Shown piece by piece: positions 9,716 to 19,236 of a DNA stretch of 64,000 nt; the stretch's first letter is position 1, and the number at the start of each line of letters is the position of its first letter. A program made the translations under genes and the position numbers. The notes below the pieces were generated by a model, which saw nothing but the letters and a program-made list of their open reading frames with translations, searched no databases and was not told the DNA's origin. Source of the DNA: an uncultured bacterium (GTDB lineage Bacteria > Krumholzibacteriota > Krumholzibacteriia > JACNKJ01); NCBI GenBank assembly GCA_963695095.1, contig CAVOFT010000001.1, positions 3,520,001 through 3,584,000 of the forward strand, read 5' to 3'.

Positions 9716-10812
9716 GGGCCCAGTTCCCGGAACAGGGCCGACTGGAGCCCACGCCTGGCGCGGGTGAGCAGGGTGCTGCGCCCCACGCTGATGCGCGCGC
9801 GGCCTTGCATACCTGCTTCGAGGCGGCCGTCGACATCGGGCAGGAGACCCACAGCGCGAATATAAGGCCCGCGCTCGGTGGGAATGACATCCTGCTCCAC
9901 CCGCAGCAGAGTGCCATGGAAGACCTCGTTGCCCAATCCGGGAATCAAGGCGTGGATAGCTTGCCCTGACTCGAGCTCATCCGCGCGCCGCTGGGGCAGC
10001 AGCACGCTGGCCACGAAGCTATCCGTGGCCGCGACGCGCAGCAGAACGCCGGCTTCAGGATTCATCCGCAGCTCGCCCGCGATGGGCGACCGGATCGCCA
10101 GGCTGCTGTGAACGGCTTCCACCGCCTGGAGCTCGCGCTCCAGGGCAAGCAGGGCATCCTCGGCGCGGGCGATCTCCGTGGGGCGATCCCCGCTCTCGAG
10201 CACTTCGATCTCGGCCGCCGCAAGCAACAGGTCGAGCTGGAGGAGGTCGTGCCGCGCCTGGATCTCCTCCCACTCCTGGACGCTGATCCCGCCCTCCGCG
10301 AAGAGCGCCTGGCTGCGCGCGTAGTGCGCGGACTGCGACGCCAGTTCGGAGGCCGCTCGCTCCCGCTTCAAGTGGGCATGGCTCAATTCCGCTGGCTTGG
10401 CTCCGGCCCGCAGGCTCACCAGCCGGCCCCTGGCCTCTGCCAGCGCAGTACTGCGTTCCGCCAGCTCCAGGTCGAGATTGCTGGAGCTCAACTCCGCCAC
10501 GACGTCACCGGCTCGGACCCTGGCGCCGGGAAGCCCGGTGTCCCCGATGCCCAGCTCCAGCACCGCCTCCCGGGAGAACTGGTGAATGCGGCAACCCAGG
10601 ATGCGCCCAGCGAGGCGATCTTCGGTGCGCGCTTCGTAGGAGCCCACCCGACGCTCCAGGAGCGTCCAGGCCCGTACCGGCTCGAGGACGCAATAGCCCG
10701 AAACTCGCCCCTCCAGGGGAAGGTAGGCGCTGCACAGAATCACCAAACCCAGCGCACCGAGGATACCGAGCCAAAGGCTCAGGACGCGGCGCGGTCTAGG
10801 GACGAAAGACAT
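9712..10812 (-). CDS. HlyD/membrane-fusion-protein family periplasmic adaptor
   Basis: N-terminal TM; VRAGDVVAEL lipoyl half-motif; long coiled coil; IRSPIAG; LEAGMQGRARI; stop overlaps the VTC start (ATGA). Confidence 0.75.
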   Translation of the reverse strand: MSFVPRPRRVLSLWLGILGALGLVILCSAYLPLEGRVSGYCVLEPVRAWTLLERRVGSYEARTEDRLAGRILGCRIHQFSREAVLELGIGDTGLPGARVRAGDVVAELSSSNLDLELAERSTALAEARGRLVSLRAGAKPAELSHAHLKRERAASELASQSAHYARSQALFAEGGISVQEWEEIQARHDLLQLDLLLAAAEIEVLESGDRPTEIARAEDALLALERELQAVEAVHSSLAIRSPIAGELRMNPEAGVLLRVAATDSFVASVLLPQRRADELESGQAIHALIPGLGNEVFHGTLLRVEQDVIPTERGPYIRAVGLLPDVDGRLEAGMQGRARISVGRSTLLTRARRGLQSALFRELGP

Positions 10813-10944
10813 GGCCTCCTGCACCTCGAGAGGCAGCGCCGACAGCTGGGGGAGCCCCGAGGCGGCGTGAATGTGCTGAGCGACGGTTGGGGCGGGTGCA
10901 ATGCCCGCCCCGCTGTTTCGATTCGGTGCTGTGCCGTGCCGAGA

Positions 10945-11394
10945 TCATGGCCGGCCTTCGTGCGCCCCGGGCGCCCCGCTGGCACGAGGCTGGGGGGCTC
11001 GCGGTCCATGGCTGCGGCTGAATGCCTCGAATTTCGAGACCTGTTCGCCGATCAGCAAAGCCTTCACCGAGTTCTCCAGTTTCTTGCGCAGGGCGTCCAT
11101 CGCCTCGCGGCCGGGCCGCTGCCCAGTTCCAGCGCCGGCCATCAGCTGCTCGACCTCGGCGAAGTGCGCGAAGTGGAGCGCCGTGATCCGCACGCGCTGC
11201 TCCTCGCTCAGGGAGACCGCCGCGGCCATCTCGGTCATCATCCGCTCGATCTGCACGGAGTCGGGCGGCGCGGGGGGCTGCATCTCGCCACCCCCGGGCC
11301 TCTGTCCGCGGCTGCCCGCGGGAGCGCTCAGCGCGGCACCCGCCCACAGCAGGCAGAGGAGCAGCAGTGCGGTCGATTTGCTTGGGTTCTTCAT
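10945..11394 (-). CDS. Small secreted Spy/CpxP (LTXXQ)-like helical protein
   Basis: Signal peptide; LSEEQ and LIGEQ motifs; Gly/Pro/Arg-rich ends; AAGGAG RBS. Confidence 0.65.
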   Translation of the reverse strand: MKNPSKSTALLLLCLLWAGAALSAPAGSRGQRPGGGEMQPPAPPDSVQIERMMTEMAAAVSLSEEQRVRITALHFAHFAEVEQLMAGAGTGQRPGREAMDALRKKLENSVKALLIGEQVSKFEAFSRSHGPRAPQPRASGAPGAHEGRP

Positions 11395-11597
11395 GACCTT
11401 CTCCTTCGTCGACTTGCGTTGCGCAGGGGTGTCACTGCCTGACTGAACGCCTGGGCCTGCCATCCCTTTCGCTGGAGCTACTTGCACTCGCATCATCGAA
11501 AGCGGGCGAGTTGCTGCAGTCCCTCGCTGTGCGTGGCCATGGCGTAAGCACTTCCGGCAGAGGCGGGTCCTCGGCGTCGTCTCGCCGCCGTAGGTGG

Positions 11598-14070
11598 TCA
11601 GCGAAGCAGGATCAGTCTCCCTGTCCGGAGCTCGGCACCGAGGGAAAGTTGCGACAGGTAGACACCCGATGGCGCGGAGTCACCACTCCGGTCGCGCCCA
11701 TCCCAGACGACCTGGTACCGTCCGGCCGGTAGGGTCCTGTCGAGGAGGTTGGCGATCAGCCGGCCTTCCACGTCGTAGATCTCCAGGCCTACCCGGCCCG
11801 CGCTGGGAAGCTCGAAGGAGAGCGTCGTCTGCGGATTGAATGGATTGGGAAAGTTGGTCAGGAGGCGCAGCGCGGCAGGCGCAGATGCGGGTACGCTGGA
11901 CGAGCCGCTATTGCTCGCACCCGGCGTGGGCGTGGTGAAGAACGCCCAGCTGTCCCCGCCGTCACGGCTGCGACCCTCACTGACATTGCTGGTCTGCGCG
12001 CCGAAGGCGTAGCCGTCGATCGCCTCGTTACCCGCGGCGAGACGCCCGAACAGGCCGATCTCCTCGCCGTCGCCGCTCAGCTTGAAGTTCGCGTGCAGGG
12101 GGCCGTCCGACTCGTCGCTGTCGCACCAGACCAGGAGGAAGCCGCCGGCCGCGAGCAGCGTGTCGGGGAAGGCCCACTGTGTCGTGAGCGCGAGGTCGTC
12201 GGTCAGGAACAGACCGGCCATCTGGACCGCGTCGGGGCCGGGATTGTAGATCTCGACCCAGTCCTCGTACTCGCCGGCCTCGTCCTGGATGCCCGCGTCG
12301 TTCAGGGCCATGAACTCGTTGATCCACAGCGTGATCGACTCGGGCTCCTGCGGATTCTGGTTCTCGGCGCCGGGCGTGGCCAGGGACAGCATGGACCAGT
12401 CGCCCGTCGCCGTCGGGCCAGCGGCCCCAGCTGACGTCCGTGCCGAGTGCGGGGAAGGTGACCTGATCGATGATCACGGCGCCGTCGGTGAGGAAGACAT
12501 CCTCCCCATCGGTGTCGAGCTTGAAGGGAGCGTGCAGAGCGCCCTCGGCGGGCTCCTCGTCCGCCCATACGATCACGTACTCACCGGGGGCCAGGGACAT
12601 CGACGGGAACACGAAGTCGGGCGTTCCCTCCAGGTGATCGGTGAGGCCCAGGCCGCTCAGATCGAGGCTCATGCTGCCGGTATTGGCAATCTCGATCCAG
12701 TCCTCGTAGTCGCCGGCCCCGTCGGCGATCGTAGCGCCGTTGTCTGCCATCACCTCGTTCAGGACCAGGCCCGTCGGCGCGGTCCAGGTGCCGAGCAGCC
12801 CCTGCAGGTAGTTGTACCGGGAGGTGACGAAGGTCTGCAGGGCGGGGATCAGGCGGGGCGGCCCACCGACCGCTGCGTAGACGTTCGCGGTCATGCAGGC
12901 CTCGAACTGAGCCGGTGTGAACATCGTGTTGGGGTCGTCATACACAAAGGGTCGGATCATGTCCCGGAGCTCTGCCATGCGCGCGACGAGCGTGGCTGGA
13001 ACCGCCGCCGTGGACATCAGCTTCCGCATGTGCCCAAGATAGACGTCGACGTAAGCGTCCACTTGCCAGAGGCGCTCGGCCAGGGGGCGATTCGCGCCGG
13101 GCTGGGGATTGGTCCAGTAGGGGCTCAGCTGGTGCATCTGGGTCGTCGAGAGGTTGTACATGTTGAAGATGCCCCAGGACTCATTCTGGTCCCACTTGGT
13201 GAAAACGAAGCGGTCGTCCAGATCGCGGTGGTAGAAGTAGAAGTTGGCGCAGCGGCCGACGTAGCTATCCAGGTTGACCGTGTAGTTGTCGACGGCGAGC
13301 ATCGCGAGCGCGGAACTGACGTCGAGCCGGTTGTGCAGACTATCGGACAGCGCTGAGATGGGCGTGTTGTTGAGCTTGTCGACGAAATCCACGAGATCGG
13401 ACCAGTCGTTGGCCGTCTCGTTGGTCTTCAGCTCGTAGTCGTCGTAGTAGGCGGACTCGGCGGAACCTAGATACTCGAGAGTGCCCGCGGGCTCACCCTT
13501 CCACAGATTGCCGTCCTCGCCGGTGCCCCAGCGGCTCTCGATGAACTCCTGGTCCTGCTGCTCTACCAATAGGTAGAGGCCCCAGTAGCTGCCGTTGATG
13601 GTCAGGGCGGTATAGTTCGTGCGGCAGGTGGCCATGCCCAGGGCCTCGCAGAGTTCGTAGGTCGCTTTCTCCCGGACATAGCTCGGGTCGAGGAAGCAGT
13701 TGTTCAGGCTGAGCTTGTCCAGCCCCTCGAACTCCTGGCCCGTCACGAACTCGTCGATGTCCAGCTTGAATGACTTCTTGAGCCCGTAATAGCCCCAGTA
13801 GCTGCTGTTGCCCTTGAAGCGCACGCCAATGGTCTCGAGATGCGTCGACCCCCAGTCGAGGCTGGCCTCGAGGTAGGGCGGGTCGTCGAAGTTCTCGAAG
13901 TTGGTGGTCAGCTGCTGCCACCAATCGGGCTGAGCAAAAGTCAACTGGATCTCGTGGACCGCGTCCCCTTCGAACAGGGGATTCGACGCCGGGCTCAAGG
14001 CCCCGAGGGCGGCAGTCCCCGGAAGGAGCAATGCAATCGTGACGAGGATCGAGAGCTTGACCTGATTCAT
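11598..14070 (-). CDS. Secreted CotH kinase + two lamin-tail domains + FlgD-Ig C-terminal domain; 1-nt frameshift near 12404
   Basis: GVRFKGNSS, KKSFKLD, LNN..DPSYVRE, NLDSY and WDQNESWG; two (L/I)NE.MA.N..DW.E..N LTD repeats; FPNPFNP tail; extra G in GACGGGCGACTGG. Confidence 0.85.
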
Positions 14071-14121
14071 GGTGGGGTCCCCTGCTGGATCGGTGGATTC
14101 GAATTCGTCGGCTCGTTCGGC

Positions 14122-14721
14122 TCAACGAACGTGGACGCGAATCCTTTCGGACTTCTCGAGGGCTCTCGTGCGGCTAGGGCGGCGGCGGGCTCCCGTGGCG
14201 CGGCGGGGGGGGCCGCCCGGGCCGCGCTGCGGCCGGCCAGAGATCATGGGCTCCACGGTGGAGAACCTAAGCCGCTGCTCCGGCGTCAGCACGGCGCCTT
14301 CCGCCACCAGCATCACGGCGGAGAGGGAATCCATCCTGGCGCGGGCAGTCCCGACCGCCACGGCCAGCTGGCGAAACCCCTGCGGGTCGAACTCCGGTGC
14401 GGCGAAGGACGCCGCAAGTTCGCGGCCGGTCCGGGCCACGTCGGACTGGAGTTCGAGAAGCAGGGGGGCATGGGGCTCCAGCACCTCGCGAATGGCCTGC
14501 TGCTGCGTCACATCGAGGCCCAGGTGGCGGGTGATCCCCTGCAGGTGGATTTCCACGAACTGCTCGGGGCTAGGCGGAGGACCCTGGTCGGGGTGTCCGT
14601 CGCCCGGCAGTGGCGGCTGATCCTGGGAGTCACCCCAGCCATGGATGAGCGTTGTTGCGATCACGCCCACATTCAGGCCGACGGATAGGGCGAGCAGCAG
14701 GACGATGAGCCGTTTCGACAT
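14122..14721 (-). CDS. Spy/CpxP/ZraP-like periplasmic protein (heavy-metal-sensor family)
   Basis: LLLALSVGLNVG N-terminal anchor; LDVTQQQAIRE and LTPEQR motifs. Confidence 0.75.
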   Translation of the reverse strand: MSKRLIVLLLALSVGLNVGVIATTLIHGWGDSQDQPPLPGDGHPDQGPPPSPEQFVEIHLQGITRHLGLDVTQQQAIREVLEPHAPLLLELQSDVARTGRELAASFAAPEFDPQGFRQLAVAVGTARARMDSLSAVMLVAEGAVLTPEQRLRFSTVEPMISGRPQRGPGGPPRRATGARRRPSRTRALEKSERIRVHVR

Positions 14722-14732
14722 GGTTTGCCTCC

Positions 14733-15146
14733 TCAGTCCTGCCCGGACTGGTAGACGCCCAGCAGGGAGGAACTTGCGGCGCTGTCCCAGAGGGTCACGG
14801 TTTCCATCCAGGCCAGCTCGTTCCCGGCCTGCTTCTCGCCGAAGCGGACCGGCCCCAGCAGCACGCCGAGGAGGATGCCCGCTGCGCAGGCAGCAATCGC
14901 GTAGGCAGGCCTGAACCTCGATCCGTGCCTCTCTCCGGGCTGCACCCGCGGCCAGACTGCGCGGGCCAGCTTGGGGGCCGGAGTGCTGGCCAGGATTCCT
15001 GACAGGCGCTGCAGTTCGGCCAGTTCTGCTCGGCAGGTCTCGCAGCGCTCACAGTGCGAGGCAAGCTCCGCCGCGGTGACCGGATCCAGTTCGTCGTCAT
15101 GATAGGCCTGCAGCACCGGTCCGGCCGGATGCTTCGCCTTGCTCAT
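14733..15146 (-). CDS. zf-HC2 anti-sigma factor
   Basis: YHDDEL..HCERCETC (HxxxCxxC), single TM; start overlaps the sigma stop codon. Confidence 0.85.
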   Translation of the reverse strand: MSKAKHPAGPVLQAYHDDELDPVTAAELASHCERCETCRAELAELQRLSGILASTPAPKLARAVWPRVQPGERHGSRFRPAYAIAACAAGILLGVLLGPVRFGEKQAGNELAWMETVTLWDSAASSSLLGVYQSGQD

Positions 15147-15700
15147 TGCTCATTCCTCCAAGATACGAGGTCCTTTCTCAGCGCGTTCATCGCCCGGTGC
15201 AGCAGCATCTGCACTGAGGCGATCGAGGTCCCCATCGTCTCGGCGATCTCCTGGTAGCGCAAATCCTGGTACTGCTTCAGCACCAACGCCTGCCGCTGTC
15301 GTTCAGGCAGGCGCCCGATGGCCGCCTGCACACGGTCGCTCTCCTGCCGACCGGCGAGTTCGTCGAAGGCGTCCGGCCCCGATGCCGGCCTCTCGGCATG
15401 ATCCTCTGTCAGCGGCAGCCAGCGCAGGATCTTGCGGCGGCGCAGCCGGCTGCGCGCCTGGTTGCCCGCAATGCGGAAGAGCCAGCTCTGGAACTTCCCT
15501 TCGGGCTGATAGCCATCCGCAGCCTTGATCACGTTGACGAAGGTGTCCTGGCACAGGTCTTCAGCCTCCTCCGCCGAGCCGAGCATGCGCACCAAAAAGC
15601 CGAACACGGGCTGTTCCCAGCGCTCCACGAGAATCCGGAGAGCGTTCTCGTCGCCCGCACGATAGTCGCTCATCAGGGCGTCGTCGTTTCGGTCTGTCAT
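15143..15700 (-). CDS. ECF RNA polymerase sigma factor
   Basis: AEDLCQDTF, FQSWLFRIAGN and LPERQRQALVL..YQEIAE motifs. Confidence 0.92.
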   Translation of the reverse strand: MTDRNDDALMSDYRAGDENALRILVERWEQPVFGFLVRMLGSAEEAEDLCQDTFVNVIKAADGYQPEGKFQSWLFRIAGNQARSRLRRRKILRWLPLTEDHAERPASGPDAFDELAGRQESDRVQAAIGRLPERQRQALVLKQYQDLRYQEIAETMGTSIASVQMLLHRAMNALRKDLVSWRNEQ

Positions 15701-15767
15701 GCAGTCCGTTCTGCCCAACGCAGGGTGCGGCATTTTCTTTCGGGATATCTGCGGACGATTCGAGGCC

Positions 15768-15797
15768 AGAATAGGCAAGAGCGGCGGATGCTGTCAA
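15768..15797 (-). promoter_or_regulatory. Sigma70-type promoter for the ECF operon
   Basis: TTGACA-18nt-TATTCT on the minus strand, ~70 nt upstream of the sigma ATG. Confidence 0.55.
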
Positions 15798-15994
15798 AGC
15801 GGGGCGGAAGAAAAGCCCGAAAGGCCGAGAGTCTCCAGACGTTCTGCCGGACGATAGCAGACCATCGGAGAATCGGTGGATCGACCGGCAAGCTGGCTCG
15901 GATCGACCCGGATGAGGAGCGCTGCAATGGTCATCAGACGAATCGGCAGCTGCATCGGCTGATCTGGGTCCGTGTAAACCGAACACCTGCCTTC

Positions 15995-16683
15995 CAATCA
16001 GCAAGGCTCGCCAGTTGATGGGCTACAGCCGCGCCAAGTTCTACGAGATCCTCCGCAAATACCTAGCTTACGGTTCCCAGGGCCTGCTGGACATGCTGCC
16101 GGGTCCAAGACCCCCCACCCCAATCGCGTAACTCCCGAGGTCGATCAGGCCGTGCTCGAGCATGGCCTCCGGCATCCGAGCCACGGGCCAATGCGGGTCA
16201 GCCAGGAGCTGCGGCTCGAGGGTATTCACGTCAGCGGCAAGGGCGTCCGCAGCGTCTGGAGCCGACACAAGCTCCTGACGAAGCTTGATCGGCTGTTGCG
16301 CCTGGAGAAGACGATGCGTGAGCAGCGCCTCTAGCTGAGTGACGAGCAGATCCGCCTTCGTGGACACGCTCAAGGGCGTAGGCCGCATCTGCCTGCAGGC
16401 TGTTCCTGTAGCTGAAGGAGATCGAGCACAGCAGAACCTGGGTGCAGCGGCCCCAGAGCAACGGCTATGTGGAGCGCCTGCACCGGACGCTTCTCGATGA
16501 ACACTTCCGATGATGGGCCGCACCAGGGTCGAGGCATGGAGAGCCGGACGCCCTGGCAGGCTTTCAAGGATGGCCCGAAGCTGCGACCGAAGACGAAGGC
16601 TGTCAAGGAGGAGGTCGAGAAGGAGGCCGCCTAGAGAGCAACCCAAGCAGGTGCGACTGCCAGGTGATTTTGGACTCGGTACA
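15995..16683 (+). mobile_element. Degenerate IS481-family element (transposase pseudogene with right terminal repeat)
   Basis: ISKARQLMGYSRAKFYEI..HPSHGPMRVSQEL..GVRSVWSRH..; PQSNGYVERLHRTLLDEHF; stops, frameshifts and a core deletion; right end reads TGTACCGAGTCCAAAATCACCTGGCA on the minus strand. Confidence 0.8.
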
Positions 16684-16822
16684 GCCTAGCGGTACGTGTG
16701 GGGCATGAAGGCCCATCGAATCTTCGAGGCACTATTTCGTGCGAAGGTATTTTCGACCTCAGGAGTTTGGCCCGGCAAGAGTCGACGCCTTTTCTTCCAT
16801 CGCCCGATTCAGGAGTTTTGTC

Positions 16823-18238
16823 ATGAAAGGCCCCAAGAACAGCTCCATGCCGACCGTATTGGCGTCAGTCGTCCTTTTCCTGGCCCTAGCCTTCATGGCC
16901 GGCTGCAGCAATGACGACATCACCCAACCCACGACGGTTAATGACACCGTGGACGATACCGATTTCGAAGCCACAGACTGGACCAGCGCCACCCATAGCA
17001 AGGATGCGGACCTGAATTTCGACGAGGTGTTCGAGGACAATACCGTCAAGAGAATCGACATCGTCATCACCGCTGCGCGCTGGCAGACCATGCTGGACAA
17101 CATGACGGACCTGTACGGGGCATTCGGTACCCATGGGGGTATGCCGCTCGATTTCGACCAGGATCCGGTTTTCGTACCGGCCGAGGTGTTCTACAACGGT
17201 GTCGAGTGGTATCGGGTTGGTTTGCGCTTCAAGGGAAACTCCAGCTTGGTTTCAGCCTGGCAGAGAGGAATCTTGAAGCTGGCCTTCAAGCTCGATTTCG
17301 ACGAATTCGAGGATACTTACCCACAGATCGACAATCAGCGGTTCTACGGCTTCAAGAAGCTGAGCCTCAAGAACAACTACGACGACCAATCCATGCTGAG
17401 AGAAAAAGTCGCCGGTGATGTTTTCCGCAATGCCGGGTTGGCCGGATCTCATACGGCGTTCTACACCCTCTATGTCGATTTTGGGGAGGGACCCGTCTAT
17501 TTCGGCGTCTATACCCTGGTCGAAGAAGTCGACGACACCGTCCTGGAAACCCAGTTCGCGGATGACGGCGGCAACCTGTACAAGCCCGACGGTGACGGAG
17601 CCTCCTTCGAAGCTGGGACCTTCAGTCAAGACGTCTTTGTGAAGAAGACCAACGAGGTTGATTCCGACTGGTCGGACATCCAGGGCCTGTTCGACGCCTT
17701 GCACGACGACACCCGAACCCTGGACCCCGCGACCTGGCGCACCAACCTGGATGCTGTCCTTGATACCGAGGCCTTTCTCAAGTATCTGTCGGTCAACACC
17801 GTCATTCAGAACTGGGACACTTACGGGCGAATGACCCACAACTACTACCTCTACAACAATCCTGACACCGGCAAGCTGACCTGGATCAGCTGGGACAACA
17901 ACGAAGCCCTGGAAGAAGGAAAGCTGGGGGGATCCCTGGCCCTAGATTTCTCAGACCTGGAAAGCGGTCGGTGGCCCCTAATAGAGTACCTGTACGCGGA
18001 CGACGTCTATCGGTCCCGATACGACGCATTTGTTTCAGAGACCATCGATGGCGCCTTCAACACGAGTGCGATCCAGGCCACGTATGCGGCCTATGCATCG
18101 CTGATAGAACCGTATGCCACCACAGAGATCGCCGGGTATACCTTCCTCAACGGAGGCGGGGATTTTCATAGGGCCATTTCGGAGCTGAACCAGCACGCTC
18201 TCCAAAGAGCCTTGGCCGTAAGCAACTACCTGGACTAG
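16823..18238 (+). CDS. CotH kinase family lipoprotein
   Basis: MAGC lipobox; GLRFKGNSS, LKNNYDDQSMLRE, NWDTYG..HNYYLY and WDNNEA motifs. Confidence 0.88.
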   Translation: MKGPKNSSMPTVLASVVLFLALAFMAGCSNDDITQPTTVNDTVDDTDFEATDWTSATHSKDADLNFDEVFEDNTVKRIDIVITAARWQTMLDNMTDLYGAFGTHGGMPLDFDQDPVFVPAEVFYNGVEWYRVGLRFKGNSSLVSAWQRGILKLAFKLDFDEFEDTYPQIDNQRFYGFKKLSLKNNYDDQSMLREKVAGDVFRNAGLAGSHTAFYTLYVDFGEGPVYFGVYTLVEEVDDTVLETQFADDGGNLYKPDGDGASFEAGTFSQDVFVKKTNEVDSDWSDIQGLFDALHDDTRTLDPATWRTNLDAVLDTEAFLKYLSVNTVIQNWDTYGRMTHNYYLYNNPDTGKLTWISWDNNEALEEGKLGGSLALDFSDLESGRWPLIEYLYADDVYRSRYDAFVSETIDGAFNTSAIQATYAAYASLIEPYATTEIAGYTFLNGGGDFHRAISELNQHALQRALAVSNYLD

Positions 18239-18340
18239 TGAAAGCTCCATGCTTCAAGTTCAGCGGCAGCGCGAAAGGGAGAGCGGCGAAGCGGGGGGCT
18301 AACTTGGACCGGAATCACCGCAATCCGCAGGAGCTAGGAA

Positions 18341-18556
18341 ATGACCATAAGTAGCATAAATGGATGCATCGGTTGCGAGGAATGCGTGCAGTCTTGCCCA
18401 TGCGATGTCATTCAAATGGACAAGGCGACCGGCAAGGCGATGATTGCATATCCGGCCGATTGCCAGATCTGCCATCTGTGTCGGATGTACTGCCCGGTGG
18501 ACGCGATCACCATCTCGCCGGAGAAGTCCATCCCGGTCGCGGTTTCCTGGGGGTAG
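18341..18556 (+). CDS. 2x[4Fe-4S] ferredoxin (AprB-like)
   Basis: CIGCEECVQSCP and CQICHLCRMYCP. Confidence 0.9.
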   Translation: MTISSINGCIGCEECVQSCPCDVIQMDKATGKAMIAYPADCQICHLCRMYCPVDAITISPEKSIPVAVSWG

Positions 18557-18558
18557 TC

Positions 18559-19236
18559 ATGAAACCCAACGCAAGAGCCTTTGTCCTTGCCGCCGCCCTG
18601 GCGGTTTTCATCGGCCTGCCGCTGCTCCTTTACACGCTGGACGGCGTGCCCCGCCGGTCGTTCCTGAAAGAGGCGATATCGGTGCTGACCCTGCTGTCCT
18701 TCTCCCTGATGCTGGGCCAGTTCTTCCTCGCGCGCAGCAACGCGGCGCTCCTGGAACTGTTCAGGCCGCGCCAGATCCAGAAGGTACACAAGGTCATCGC
18801 CTACGGCGCGGTAGGCGTGTTCTCGGTGCATCCGTTCCTGATCGTGCTGCCGCGATACTTCGAGGCGGGGGTAAAGCCCGGAGATGCGCTGATCACCCTG
18901 TTGACCACCTTCGCCAGCCTCGGCGTCCTGCTAGGTATTGCCGCCTGGGGGTTGATGGTGGTGATGCTGGTCACGGCGATGTTCCGCATGGCGCTGGTCA
19001 AGCGCTTTTCCATCCACTATCGCCACTGGCGCTTCTTCCACAGCGGGCTGACGGTGACCTTCATTGCCATCGCCATGTGGCATGCGATTGAACTGGGGCG
19101 TCACACCGACGCCGCCATGGCCACGTTCATGATCACGCTCGCGGCGATCGGTGTGGCGATGCTGGCGCGTCTGTACTGGGCCGCACGACCGAAGACACCC
19201 ACACCTGCTGTGGTTTCTGAAGGAGCCAAGTCATGA
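18559..19236 (+). CDS. Ferric-reductase-like transmembrane (heme b) protein
   Basis: About 6 TM helices; His pairs in VHK..SVHP and WRFFH..MWH. Confidence 0.75.
   Translation: MKPNARAFVLAAALAVFIGLPLLLYTLDGVPRRSFLKEAISVLTLLSFSLMLGQFFLARSNAALLELFRPRQIQKVHKVIAYGAVGVFSVHPFLIVLPRYFEAGVKPGDALITLLTTFASLGVLLGIAAWGLMVVMLVTAMFRMALVKRFSIHYRHWRFFHSGLTVTFIAIAMWHAIELGRHTDAAMATFMITLAAIGVAMLARLYWAARPKTPTPAVVSEGAKS

Noticed and set aside
12395..12410. Programmed frameshift in CotH1
   Set aside because: No slippery heptamer; a single extra G inside an LTD domain fits sequencing error
15700..15990. Pho box controlling the VTC/CotH operon
   Set aside because: No 11-bp-spaced CTT(C/T)A(C/T) repeats seen upstream of the sigma gene
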